A stretch of DNA of 56,765 nt from a virus. The stretch is taken from IMG/VR virus record IMGVR_UViG_3300045988_138309, one strand, 5' to 3'. Of this stretch, positions 9,849 through 19,176 are shown in pieces. The notes beneath the pieces were generated by a model that made no database searches, had not been told where the DNA came from, and saw only the letters and a program-made list of their open reading frames with translations. Numbering within the stretch: the stretch's first letter is position 1; the number at the start of each line of letters is the position of its first letter. The position numbers were made by a program, and so were the translations under genes.

Positions 9849-10706
9849 ATGCAGGACATTGACAGGGGCTACGGCCCGGGAGACTGGCCGGTCTCCTACA
9901 GCGCGTGCGAGGACTTGCGGGAGTACCTGGACGAGGCCGGCAGGCCCGAGCAGCAGCACACCTTCGAGGCCATGGCGACCCAGCTGCTCTGGGAGTGGAC
10001 GGGCCGCCGCTTCGGCACCGACATCGTCGTGATCCGGCCCGAGCCCGCCGACTGCGTGCCGCCGCCCACCTACCAGTTCCAGGACTACCTGCGCAGCTTC
10101 CTCCCGTTCCGTCTGGGAGGCGTCCTGCACGACGTCGTGTGCGGCCTGTGCGGACCCTACTGCACCCACACTCACGGCACCCCGGCCATCCGCCTGCCGG
10201 GCAACGTCCACCGGGTGCACCAGGTCACGGTCAACGGCAAGGTTCTCCCGCTGGGCTCGTACCGGCTCATCAACCACTCCGTGCTCCAGCTCACAGGGCG
10301 CACCTCCCCAGCGGGCCCCGACGTTCCGCCTGTATTCCCCCCGGTACAAGACCTATCCCGGCCGACGACGGAGGAGGGCACCTGGGAGATCCGCTACTCG
10401 CAGGGCGTTCCCGTCCCCGAGGGCGGCCAGGTTGCCGCCGGCGTCCTCGCGCTCGAGCTGGCGAAGGCAGCCTGCATGGATCGCGACTGCGCTCTGCCGG
10501 CGCGCCTCCAGTCGGTCACCCGGCAGGGCGTCACCGTCCAGGTGCAGGACGACTTCGACGAGATGCAGGAGGGCCGCACCGGTATCTGGCTGGTGGACTC
10601 CTGGGTCACCTCGATCCGTAAGCCTCGACAGGCCGCTCGGGCCTACAACCCTGACGACTACGCGCGCCGACAGGCGTCTGGCCGCCGCGGCGGGGTGATC
10701 TGGTGA
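9849..10706 (+). CDS. Head-to-tail adaptor
   Basis: ATG 9849 with GGAGAGGG RBS. The patterns LLWEWTGRRFG and V..V.VNGKVL are typical of actinophage adaptors. Confidence 0.55.
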   Translation: MQDIDRGYGPGDWPVSYSACEDLREYLDEAGRPEQQHTFEAMATQLLWEWTGRRFGTDIVVIRPEPADCVPPPTYQFQDYLRSFLPFRLGGVLHDVVCGLCGPYCTHTHGTPAIRLPGNVHRVHQVTVNGKVLPLGSYRLINHSVLQLTGRTSPAGPDVPPVFPPVQDLSRPTTEEGTWEIRYSQGVPVPEGGQVAAGVLALELAKAACMDRDCALPARLQSVTRQGVTVQVQDDFDEMQEGRTGIWLVDSWVTSIRKPRQAARAYNPDDYARRQASGRRGGVIW

Positions 10707-11239
10707 GCCCCGCGCCGCGCCTGACGCGCCGTAACCGGCAGCCGAGCGAGGACTACGCGGCCCTGTCGGGCCGAGTCGCCTCGCCAGTGCCGTCCATCGT
10801 CCACTCCACCGCGCTCGCCCTGCTCAAGGGCGGCGCCCAGGCCCTGTCCAACGCGGTCTCACAGGCGTACGTCGCTCCGGGCGCGGAGGTGGCCTGGGAC
10901 GAGTGCTGCGCCGGGCACCTCTATGTGCGCACTGTCTCCGTCTCCCCCGTCTTCGGCCCCCGCGCCGCCGACGGCGAGGCCTGCTCGGTACGCTACTGGG
11001 CCGCTACCTTCGCGCTCGGGACGCTGCGCTGCGTCGAGGTCGTGGACGACCGTGGCCGAGGCCCGCGCCCCTTCGACCTGACGGCCGACGCGGCCGTTCT
11101 GCACCAGGACATGGCCGACCTGGGCACGTTCCTCACGTCGTCCACGAACGCGGACTCGATGGAGTGGGACGCTCAGGGTCCCGACGGGGGCTGCGTGGCC
11201 GGTGAGTGGACCTTCACGGTCCGGCTCAGCTGCCCGTGA
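10703..11239 (+). CDS. Head-tail joining (neck) protein
   Basis: GTGA overlap with the upstream gene. The motif PGAEVAWDECCAGHLYV is seen in actinophage neck proteins. Confidence 0.45.
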   Translation: MSPAPRLTRRNRQPSEDYAALSGRVASPVPSIVHSTALALLKGGAQALSNAVSQAYVAPGAEVAWDECCAGHLYVRTVSVSPVFGPRAADGEACSVRYWAATFALGTLRCVEVVDDRGRGPRPFDLTADAAVLHQDMADLGTFLTSSTNADSMEWDAQGPDGGCVAGEWTFTVRLSCP

Positions 11240-11265
11240 CGCCTCTCCCGGGCTAGAGGTGTGAG

Positions 11266-11673
11266 ATGGTTCACGTAAGAGTGCGGTTCAAGGGCCCCAT
11301 CCGGGAGGACAAGGTGGCCCAGATCACTAAACAGGCAGCCTTGAAGGCGGCTAAGCGCACGCAGGGCCGTATCCAGCGCAACATCCGCGCCAAGGGGCGC
11401 GTGAACTCCGGCCGGATGGTGAACTCCGTCACCGTTGAGAGGGTCCCCGGCAAGCACCCGCTCAACCCGACCTTCGAGATCGGGGCGCGCACGCCGTACG
11501 CCGCCTATCAGGAGAAGGGCACCCGACCGCACGGCCCGGTCAGAGCTCAGCGCATGGTCTTCACCCCGAAGGGCTACAGCCAGACCGTCTTCGCGAAGTG
11601 GGTCAAGGGAATCAAGGGTGCGCACTTCGTCCGCGACGCGGTACGGCTTATCAAGCCCTCTGACTTCCATTAG
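11266..11673 (+). CDS. HK97 gp10-like tail completion/neck protein
   Basis: The signature GARTPYAAYQEKGT is characteristic of the HK97 gp10 family. Confidence 0.6.
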   Translation: MVHVRVRFKGPIREDKVAQITKQAALKAAKRTQGRIQRNIRAKGRVNSGRMVNSVTVERVPGKHPLNPTFEIGARTPYAAYQEKGTRPHGPVRAQRMVFTPKGYSQTVFAKWVKGIKGAHFVRDAVRLIKPSDFH

Positions 11674-11682
11674 AATCGCCTC

Positions 11683-11994
11683 ATGGCTACTATCACGATC
11701 CCCGGCAAGACCCGGAAGTCCATCACTGTTGAACTGGTAGGTACCGAGTACAAGGTCCGCCCGCCCAAGACCGCTGTCGCCATATTCCTGTCCCAGGCGC
11801 TCAAGGACGCCGGCGAGGACTCTGAGAAGCTCATCGACGGCCTGGCGAAGTGGTGCCACGTCCTCTTCGGCAAGGAGACCGGCGCCGAGGTCGTCAAGCG
11901 GCTGAAGAGCCCCGCCGACGACCTCGACATCCCCGACCTGACCGACCTCATCTCCGCCGTCATGGAGGAGGCCGGGGAGAACCCCCCTACGTAG
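11683..11994 (+). CDS. Tail assembly chaperone (G-like)
   Basis: Lies immediately upstream of the tape measure gene and overlaps an open -1 frame. Confidence 0.7.
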   Translation: MATITIPGKTRKSITVELVGTEYKVRPPKTAVAIFLSQALKDAGEDSEKLIDGLAKWCHVLFGKETGAEVVKRLKSPADDLDIPDLTDLISAVMEEAGENPPT

Positions 11995-12275
11995 TCCAGC
12001 GCCTTATGGCCTCGGCCCACAAGGAGTGGGACTACATCGACGGGTTCTGCCTCGGGCACGGTATCGACCTGGAGACCCTGCCCCTGAACCGGTTCTGCCA
12101 CGTCATGTGGTGGATCCTCACCCGCAACGCCGAGGACGAGGGCGCTACCGATAAGCTGAAGAGGGACCTGTGGCTCCCGCCCAGGGGCGTCGAGGTCACC
12201 GACCCGCGCAGCCCGTGGTACTCCGGCAACGAGTCATCGGGCTTCGGATCCCTTAAGTCAGCCCTCGGGATGTGA
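11683..12275 (+). CDS. Tail assembly chaperone G-T fusion made by a -1 frameshift at 11982-11988
   Basis: The -1 frame is open from 11850. No RBS precedes the ATG at 12006. The frameshifted junction would read ...GENPPYVVQRLMASAHKEW. Confidence 0.6.
11982..11988 (+). promoter_or_regulatory. Slippery heptamer C CCC CCT for the -1 frameshift
   Basis: X XXY YYZ pattern in the G frame, 4 nt before the G stop codon. Confidence 0.55.
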
Positions 12276-12374
12276 CAGCACATATAGGACACGCCTATGC
12301 GGGCGGTATCATGGCCTCAGACAGGAGTCGGGCCGCGATGCCGCCCGCTCGACGTACGAGCGGGGAGGTAGCCC

Positions 12375-15300
12375 GTGGCAGACAAGATCGGCGAGGTAGT
12401 CGTAGAGGTCGGCGCTGACGCGCGCGACTTCCGCGGCGACGCTGAGCGGGGCATCGAGAAGAGCCTCAAGAAGATCGGCAAGCGGATCGAGCGCGCCGCT
12501 GAGAAGTGGGCCCGCGAGATGCGAGACTCCGTCAAGGACGCGCTTGACGGCCTCGTGCTCCAGGTCAACGCGAGGATCGACCCGAAGGACCTGCGCCGCA
12601 TCGAGACGGCCATTGCCCAGACCAAGGCGTCCCCGGAAGTCGACATCTCAAAGCGCGATCTGGAGGAGATCAAGCAGAAGCTCCGCCAGGCCGACTGGCG
12701 CACTCCGGTCAGGCCGGTCCTCGACGACAACGCCGTGGCCAAGCTGGGCCGTGAGCTGGACGAGATGAAGGCTGCGATCAAGGCCCGCGTCGACCTGGAC
12801 GAGAAGTCGCGCCAGAAGGCCCTCGACGCGATCCGCCGGACTGAGGCCGCCATTGATGCCAAGATCGAGATAGACGGCAAGGACGTCGCCGAGATCAAGG
12901 AGCGCATCGCCAACATCAAGTCGGACATCCGCGTGGATGTCTCCCTTGAGAAGGCCGCGCAGCGCAAGATCAAGGAGCAGATCGCCAAGCTTGACGCGAA
13001 GCTGAAGGCCGAGGCCGAGCTTGACGACGCCTCCAAGAAGAGGCTCCAGGCCGAGCTGAAGAAGCTCGGCGGCGACATCGAGGCCCACGCGCACCTGTCC
13101 GAGGCGTCCAAGCGGAAGCTGAAGCACGAGCTCGACAAGCTCGACGGCACGGCGACCGTCAACGTCGACCTTGACGACGGCAAGGCCCGCTTCGACCTGG
13201 CCCGGCTGACCAAGAAGCCGCGCTACATCGATATCCACGTCCGCCTGGCGAAGGCGTCGCTGGCGAAGGTCGCCGCCGAGCTGAAGGCGCTGGCCGGCGG
13301 GAACATCTTCGGCAACCTGAAGAACTCGCTGAACGACATCTTCACCAACCTGGACACCTTCTCGGTGAAGATGGCCGGGGCGGGCACCGCGATCCTCGGG
13401 CTGGCCTCTGCCGCCGGGGCGGGGCTGGGTACGGTCGCCCAATTCGGGATGAGCATCGCCCACACGCTCCCGGCCCTGCTCGCCATGCCGGGCATCCTCG
13501 GAGCGGCCGCAGCCGGCGTGGGCATCTTCGCCGCCGCCATGTCCGACGCCTCGACCGTCCTGGAGGACCTGGGCCCCTCCTTTGAGGCGCTGCAGGACTC
13601 GATCTCTACGTCGTTCTGGGGCGAGGCTGAGGGGTCGGTCCGGTCCCTCATCGTCAACGGCCTGGAGGCCTTGACGCCCGCCATCTCGGAGGTGGCGGCG
13701 AACATGGGGTCGATGACGTCGGCCGTCGCGTCTGCTGCTCAGGACCACATCCCCGGCTTCCAGGCGTCGCTAGGCTACCTGGCCGAGGCCATGGACATCG
13801 GAGGCGACGGCGCGGGAGCCTTCACCGATGCTCTGCTGAGCCTGGGTGAGGTAGGGGCGAAGTACCTGCCGTCGATAGCCTCGTGGGCCAACGACGTCGC
13901 CTACTCCTTCCAGTCGTGGGTGCAGGCCAAGACCTCCTCCGGGGAGATGGACCAGGCCATCCAGGCTGCCGCCAAGACCTTCGGCACCCTGAAGAACATC
14001 GTCTTCGACCTAGCCGGCATCCTCGGCGGGGTCTTCTCCGCCATGGCCTCTGGCTCCACGCCCCTGAGCGCCATCGCCGACGGGCTCGACAGGGCCAACG
14101 CCGCGGTCAACGGCCCGCTGTGGCAGGGGACTCTGTCCAGCATCTTCAGCGCGATGGGTACGGCTGCGTCCTACGCCTTCCAGGGCGTCGGCTCGCTCGG
14201 CCAGGCGTTCGTTTCCTTGGCCCCCACCCTCTCCACGATCCTGCCCCTCGTGGGCCAGATCATTGAGGTCGGGCTCAACGGGATCTCTACGGCTCTCCAG
14301 AACCCGGCCTTCCAGGGCGGCCTGGAGTCGTTCTTCCAGAACGTGCTGATCGCCGTCCAGGCGCTAGCGCCGGCCATGCCCGCCCTGGGCGAGGCGTTCG
14401 GAGCACTGGCCACCGTCGGCGGGGAGCTGCTTGCGGCCGTCGCCCCGCTGATCGCTCAGCTGGTGGAGCAGCTGGCCCCGGTCATGACCCAGCTGGCCGA
14501 GCTGCTGGCCCCGATCATCGAGCAGCTGGCCGCGGCACTCATGCCGGTCATCCAGGCTCTCGGCCCTGTGCTGTCGGCCTTGTTCGCGGTGCTCGGCCCG
14601 CTAATCAACGACCTGCTAGCGGCGATCGTCCCAGTCATTGGCCCGATCGTGTCGGCACTGACCGCCGCCCTGATCCCGGCGTTCCAGCTGGTGGGGACGG
14701 TGGTTAAGGCCCTCATGCCGATCGTCGTTCCGATCATCACGGGCATCAAGAACACCATCGTCAGCGCGATGCAGGTGATCCAGGGGATCATCAACCTCGT
14801 AATGGGCGTCATCACGGGCAACTGGTCTCAGGCGTGGAACGGGATCAAGCAGATCAGCTCCGGAGTCTGGAACTTCATCAAGGCGCAGTTCACGGGATTC
14901 GGCCAGATTCTGGTCGGCATCGCCAGGGCGGCGTGGAACCTGCTAGGAAGCGTCATCTCCGGCGGATGGAACGCCATCAAGTCCGGAGCCTCGGCCGCGT
15001 GGAACGGGATCACGTCCACCATCTCCTCCGGAGTCAGCCTGGCCGTCAACTTCGTACGGAACCTGCCCAACAGCATCCGGAACATATTCTCCAACGCCGG
15101 TTCCTGGCTGATCAGCGCCGGTAAGAACATCATCAATGGTCTTCTGAACGGTATCTCGTCGATGATCGGGGCGGTCAAGAACAAGCTGAGCAGGCTGACC
15201 AGCATGCTCCCGTCCTGGAAGGGTCCGGCCCCCGTTGACAAGGTTCTGCTCACCCCTGCCGGGGAGATGATCATGCAGGGCCTCATCAACGGCCTGGAGA

Positions 15301-15572
15301 GCCAGTACGGGGCCGTGCGCTCCTCGCTGCAGGGCCTCACCGAGGACCTGACCAAGCCCGCCACGATCGGCCTGAGCGCCGACGTTCAGCCGCTCCCGGC
15401 GCGGGCCTCGGCCGGCCGCCCGAACCCGGCCCCGGAGTCCTCCGGATCGTTTGATAAGGGAAGCCGATCAGGCGCTACAATCAACATCACCAACAACTAT
15501 CCGCAGGCCAAGCCGGACTCCAAGACTCGCGACGAGGTCGCCGAGGGGCTGAGACTGGCCGCGATCATCTGA
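12375..15572 (+). CDS. Tape measure protein
   Basis: 1065 aa. N-terminal coiled-coil repeats, Gly/Ala-rich hydrophobic centre. Follows the chaperone genes. Confidence 0.9.
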   Translation: MADKIGEVVVEVGADARDFRGDAERGIEKSLKKIGKRIERAAEKWAREMRDSVKDALDGLVLQVNARIDPKDLRRIETAIAQTKASPEVDISKRDLEEIKQKLRQADWRTPVRPVLDDNAVAKLGRELDEMKAAIKARVDLDEKSRQKALDAIRRTEAAIDAKIEIDGKDVAEIKERIANIKSDIRVDVSLEKAAQRKIKEQIAKLDAKLKAEAELDDASKKRLQAELKKLGGDIEAHAHLSEASKRKLKHELDKLDGTATVNVDLDDGKARFDLARLTKKPRYIDIHVRLAKASLAKVAAELKALAGGNIFGNLKNSLNDIFTNLDTFSVKMAGAGTAILGLASAAGAGLGTVAQFGMSIAHTLPALLAMPGILGAAAAGVGIFAAAMSDASTVLEDLGPSFEALQDSISTSFWGEAEGSVRSLIVNGLEALTPAISEVAANMGSMTSAVASAAQDHIPGFQASLGYLAEAMDIGGDGAGAFTDALLSLGEVGAKYLPSIASWANDVAYSFQSWVQAKTSSGEMDQAIQAAAKTFGTLKNIVFDLAGILGGVFSAMASGSTPLSAIADGLDRANAAVNGPLWQGTLSSIFSAMGTAASYAFQGVGSLGQAFVSLAPTLSTILPLVGQIIEVGLNGISTALQNPAFQGGLESFFQNVLIAVQALAPAMPALGEAFGALATVGGELLAAVAPLIAQLVEQLAPVMTQLAELLAPIIEQLAAALMPVIQALGPVLSALFAVLGPLINDLLAAIVPVIGPIVSALTAALIPAFQLVGTVVKALMPIVVPIITGIKNTIVSAMQVIQGIINLVMGVITGNWSQAWNGIKQISSGVWNFIKAQFTGFGQILVGIARAAWNLLGSVISGGWNAIKSGASAAWNGITSTISSGVSLAVNFVRNLPNSIRNIFSNAGSWLISAGKNIINGLLNGISSMIGAVKNKLSRLTSMLPSWKGPAPVDKVLLTPAGEMIMQGLINGLESQYGAVRSSLQGLTEDLTKPATIGLSADVQPLPARASAGRPNPAPESSGSFDKGSRSGATINITNNYPQAKPDSKTRDEVAEGLRLAAII

Positions 15573-15588
15573 GGAGGGTCACCCACCC

Positions 15589-16404
15589 ATGGCCATCTAC
15601 TCACTGGACGGCACCGACCTTGACGACGTGCGTCAGCGCTGGGTGCTAGCCGAGGGGACGACTCTGTCGACCCGCGGCGAGCCCTGGAACGCCTCCGTGG
15701 ACATCCCCGGACGGTTCGGCGTGCTGCCGATCGCTCCGAGCGTCCTGAAGTCCGCCACCGTCGCCCTGAAGTTCACCGTGTTCTCCTGGGCCGACGGCCG
15801 AAACGGGAACCGCTGCAAGGAGGGCCTGGAGGTCCTGGAGCGCAACTACCAGGACCTCCTGCGCCGCCTGTACGCCTTCGGACGGCTCCAGACCCTCCAG
15901 TACACGCCTAAGGGCTCCCCCGCGAGGGAGGCCCAGGTCCGGCCCACATCCTCGGTGGAGCCTGCCTTCGACCCGCACTCCGAGACGATAGCGTTCGCGA
16001 TCACCTACGAGATCGTCGCCGGCCTGTGGCGCGGCGTGGCGGACATCGAGGCCCCTCTGACGGACCTGTCGGCGTTCAACGGCTGCGTGATGCCTATCCC
16101 GGACGGGAAGCTGATGCTGGAGCCGTCGTCTACCTCCTGCACCGTCAGGGACAACGTCTCCGGCACCTCGTTCACCTTCAACGGCTCACTGAACGTCGGC
16201 GAGAAGCTGATCGTGGACATCGCCCGGTACCGGGCCTGGAAGAACCCCTCCCAGGAGTGGGAGATCCAGTCGAACGCGCGCAGCGCTGACGGGGAGATCT
16301 CTATGAGTCCCGGAGGCTTCCGGGCTACGCCGAACGCCGACGGCCACATCTCGATGACGCTCACTAACGTGTCCGGCCGCTTCCGCGGAAGGATGGCCTA
16401 CTGA
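15589..16404 (+). CDS. Distal tail protein (minor tail)
   Basis: Position directly after the tape measure gene; size 271 aa. Confidence 0.55.
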   Translation: MAIYSLDGTDLDDVRQRWVLAEGTTLSTRGEPWNASVDIPGRFGVLPIAPSVLKSATVALKFTVFSWADGRNGNRCKEGLEVLERNYQDLLRRLYAFGRLQTLQYTPKGSPAREAQVRPTSSVEPAFDPHSETIAFAITYEIVAGLWRGVADIEAPLTDLSAFNGCVMPIPDGKLMLEPSSTSCTVRDNVSGTSFTFNGSLNVGEKLIVDIARYRAWKNPSQEWEIQSNARSADGEISMSPGGFRATPNADGHISMTLTNVSGRFRGRMAY

Positions 16405-18473
16405 TGCCCCGAAACACCTCCTTTGCGCGTGGCCTGGCCATGCGCTACGTCGCCTACGACCAGGCCACCGGCGCCCGCCTCGGGGTGCTTCCCGACGCCC
16501 TGGCGGGCACGTTCACGTGCCCGCGACAGGCCACGCCATCGCTTACCCTGTCCTACCCGAACGGGGGCATGGGCGTGCGGGGCGAGCTGCTCGACTCCGC
16601 CGTGGAGATCGCCGTTGAGCTCTGCTACGACGGCCAGACCTGGCGCGAGCCTTACAACGCCCGCTTCACCAACCTGTCCTCCGAGTGGAACCTCATTGAC
16701 GACGGCACCGAGCGGCGCCACGCCGACCTCATCCACATCGGGCACCGCCTGGAGGGCGCCCTCGTGTGGGAGGTCCCCTTCGCGGCGATGGACAAGGACG
16801 GGAAGTACCGGTTCCGAGACCGCAACGCCGGGGAGATCCTTCGCACCGTGTGGGACGCCGCCGTCAAGCGGGGCTGGGGTACTGGCCTCACGCTAGACGT
16901 CTCCACGTCGGCCGACTCCGCCGGACAGCGCTGGGCACTGATCACGACTATCGCCTTCGACCCGTCGGTGTCGATCAAGTCGATCCTGGACTCGCTCATG
17001 AACATGGGCATGATCGACTACCGATGGCGAGGCCGCACCCTTCAGGTCTACAACCCGGACGCGGCGCTCAAGCGTGAGAACCTGGACGTCGTGTGGCGAC
17101 TGACAGCGGGGACGAAGTCGGCCCCGGAGAAGCTGGACTGGTCCCAGCTGTGCACCCACGTCCTTGTGAAGGGTGACGAGGGCAAGACCTGGACCTTCCC
17201 CAACCCTGAGGCACCCAAGGACATGCCCCGCACTGAGAAGGTCGTCAGCGCCGGCGGCGTGACTCTGGAGACCACGGCCCGCCGCGTGGCAGACCTCACT
17301 CTGAAGACCGGAGCCACGCCCGCCGCGGAGGTCAAGCGCGAGTGGGAGGCCGACGACCTGCAGTGGCTCCCCTTCGAGGACTACGCCCTGGGCGACTGGA
17401 TCCGCGTGGAGCGGGCCGGTGGTCTGGAGAAGATGCGAGTTACCCAGATCTCCATCTCGGTGACTGAGAACGGCCGCTGCCAGGGTCACACAACGCTGGG
17501 CACGATGCTCGACGACGTCCTGGCTCGCCTGGCCAAGCGCCAGAAAGGCGTCCTGGGGGCGGTCAACTCCGACGGTAAGAACCCTCGGCCGGAGAAGCCG
17601 AAGAGCAAGAACGCCCCCAACCCGCCCCAGGGGCTCGTGGTCACTTCGGACGCCGTCATCGGCGCTGACGGCTACCCTCGCGCCGCAGCCTCACTGAAGT
17701 GGGAGGCGGTGACGACGGACACCCTCGGGGTTGCCGTGGACGTGACCGGATACGAGATCGCCTCCCGGAAGCTGCCGCTGCTGTCGGGCCCGATGAGCAC
17801 GTCCAAGGAGACTACGGGGCAGCTGGACGGGCTCACTCCGGGCGCCCGCTACGCGTTCGCCGTGCGGGCCGTCACGGCCGACACCACGGGCGCGTGGTCG
17901 CGGGAGGTCGAGGCCACCATGGCCTCGGACGTGACCCCTCCGCCGGTGCCGACGGTTCCGGTCCTCACGCAGACCCTGGGCGTGCTCGGGGTCTACTGGG
18001 ACGGTAAGGGTACCGGCGGGGCGGGAATGCCTCTCGACTTCGCAGGCATCGAGGTGTCCGTGCGCAAGCCGGGCGAGCCTCCGATCCGGTTCACGGACAT
18101 GCCGGTGCCGGTGCAGAGGACCAACCTCGCGGGCCTCGAGATCCGGGAGTGGGAGGTCTGCCTCCGGTCCTACGACCGCTCCGGCAACCGGTCCGCGTGG
18201 GGGCCGACGGCGCGCATCACGCTCGAGCAGAGCATCGACGCCGACGCGATCGCCAAGAAGGTTGAGGAGAAGCTGGCCGCCAGCGACGCGGTGCAGCGGG
18301 CGGCGCGCGCCGAGACCCTCAAGGAGATGAACAAGCTCACCGAGGGCATGACCCAGGTGGCCCTCTCCCTCGTGGAGACCGGCCCGTACCCGCCCGACAA
18401 GGGCGTGGTAGACAAGACACAGTGGGTGTCGCCAGACGCCCGCATCTTCGTACTGAAGAAGCAAGGAGACTGA
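16404..18473 (+). CDS. Tail-associated/minor tail protein with FN3-like repeats
   Basis: 689 aa; ATGA-type overlap with the upstream gene. The segment PPQGLVVTSD...WEAVT...GYEI...L.PG..Y.F.VRAV is FN3-like. Confidence 0.6.
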   Translation: MPRNTSFARGLAMRYVAYDQATGARLGVLPDALAGTFTCPRQATPSLTLSYPNGGMGVRGELLDSAVEIAVELCYDGQTWREPYNARFTNLSSEWNLIDDGTERRHADLIHIGHRLEGALVWEVPFAAMDKDGKYRFRDRNAGEILRTVWDAAVKRGWGTGLTLDVSTSADSAGQRWALITTIAFDPSVSIKSILDSLMNMGMIDYRWRGRTLQVYNPDAALKRENLDVVWRLTAGTKSAPEKLDWSQLCTHVLVKGDEGKTWTFPNPEAPKDMPRTEKVVSAGGVTLETTARRVADLTLKTGATPAAEVKREWEADDLQWLPFEDYALGDWIRVERAGGLEKMRVTQISISVTENGRCQGHTTLGTMLDDVLARLAKRQKGVLGAVNSDGKNPRPEKPKSKNAPNPPQGLVVTSDAVIGADGYPRAAASLKWEAVTTDTLGVAVDVTGYEIASRKLPLLSGPMSTSKETTGQLDGLTPGARYAFAVRAVTADTTGAWSREVEATMASDVTPPPVPTVPVLTQTLGVLGVYWDGKGTGGAGMPLDFAGIEVSVRKPGEPPIRFTDMPVPVQRTNLAGLEIREWEVCLRSYDRSGNRSAWGPTARITLEQSIDADAIAKKVEEKLAASDAVQRAARAETLKEMNKLTEGMTQVALSLVETGPYPPDKGVVDKTQWVSPDARIFVLKKQGD

Positions 18474-18477
18474 GACC

Positions 18478-19170
18478 ATGGCCTACACCCCCAGCACCTG
18501 GAAGGACGGCCCGGAGGGCCGCACACCGATCACCGCCGCGGCGCTGACCAAGATCGAGAACGGCCTGGCCACGGCCGCCTCGGTCGCCGACACGGCCAAC
18601 ACGAAGGCCAGCGCTGCGGCCACCAACACCCTGGCCCAGCAGATCCAGCAGCAGGTCCAGAAGATGATGAACTACGTCATCCCGATCGGTGGAGTCATCC
18701 CGTTCTACGGGACGCTGCAGCCCGACGGGTGGCTCCTGTGCAACGGCCAGGCGGTCAGCCGCACCGCCTACTCGGAGCTGTTCGCCGTCATCTCCACCCG
18801 TGGCGGGGGCGGTAACGGTTCGACCACCTTCAACATCCCGGACCTGCGTGGCCTGGTCATCTACGGCCACGGCCACGGCCGTACGCCCAGGCTGGGCGCC
18901 ACCGTCGGCGAGTTCGACCACAAGATCACCGTGGGCGAGATCCCGCCGCACTCGCACAACATCGGCGAGGTCGAGGACTCTGGCCGCCGCTTCCAGGCCC
19001 GCACCTCCGGCCAGGACATCGGTATCGGCTCGAGCGGGTACACGTACCTGACCTCTACCGGTAATAATGCCTCGGGCCGCTCCCCACAGGCGATCGCCGA
19101 GGGCAGCCAGTCGAACATGCAGATCTTCCCTCGCGGCTCGGTCGCCATGTACATCATGCGCGCGAAGTGA
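18478..19170 (+). CDS. Tail fibre protein with a phage tail collar domain
   Basis: IPFYG...PDGWLLCNGQAVSRTAYSELF...FNIPDLRG is the tail-collar signature. Confidence 0.7.
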   Translation: MAYTPSTWKDGPEGRTPITAAALTKIENGLATAASVADTANTKASAAATNTLAQQIQQQVQKMMNYVIPIGGVIPFYGTLQPDGWLLCNGQAVSRTAYSELFAVISTRGGGGNGSTTFNIPDLRGLVIYGHGHGRTPRLGATVGEFDHKITVGEIPPHSHNIGEVEDSGRRFQARTSGQDIGIGSSGYTYLTSTGNNASGRSPQAIAEGSQSNMQIFPRGSVAMYIMRAK

Positions 19171-19176
19171 TGCCGC

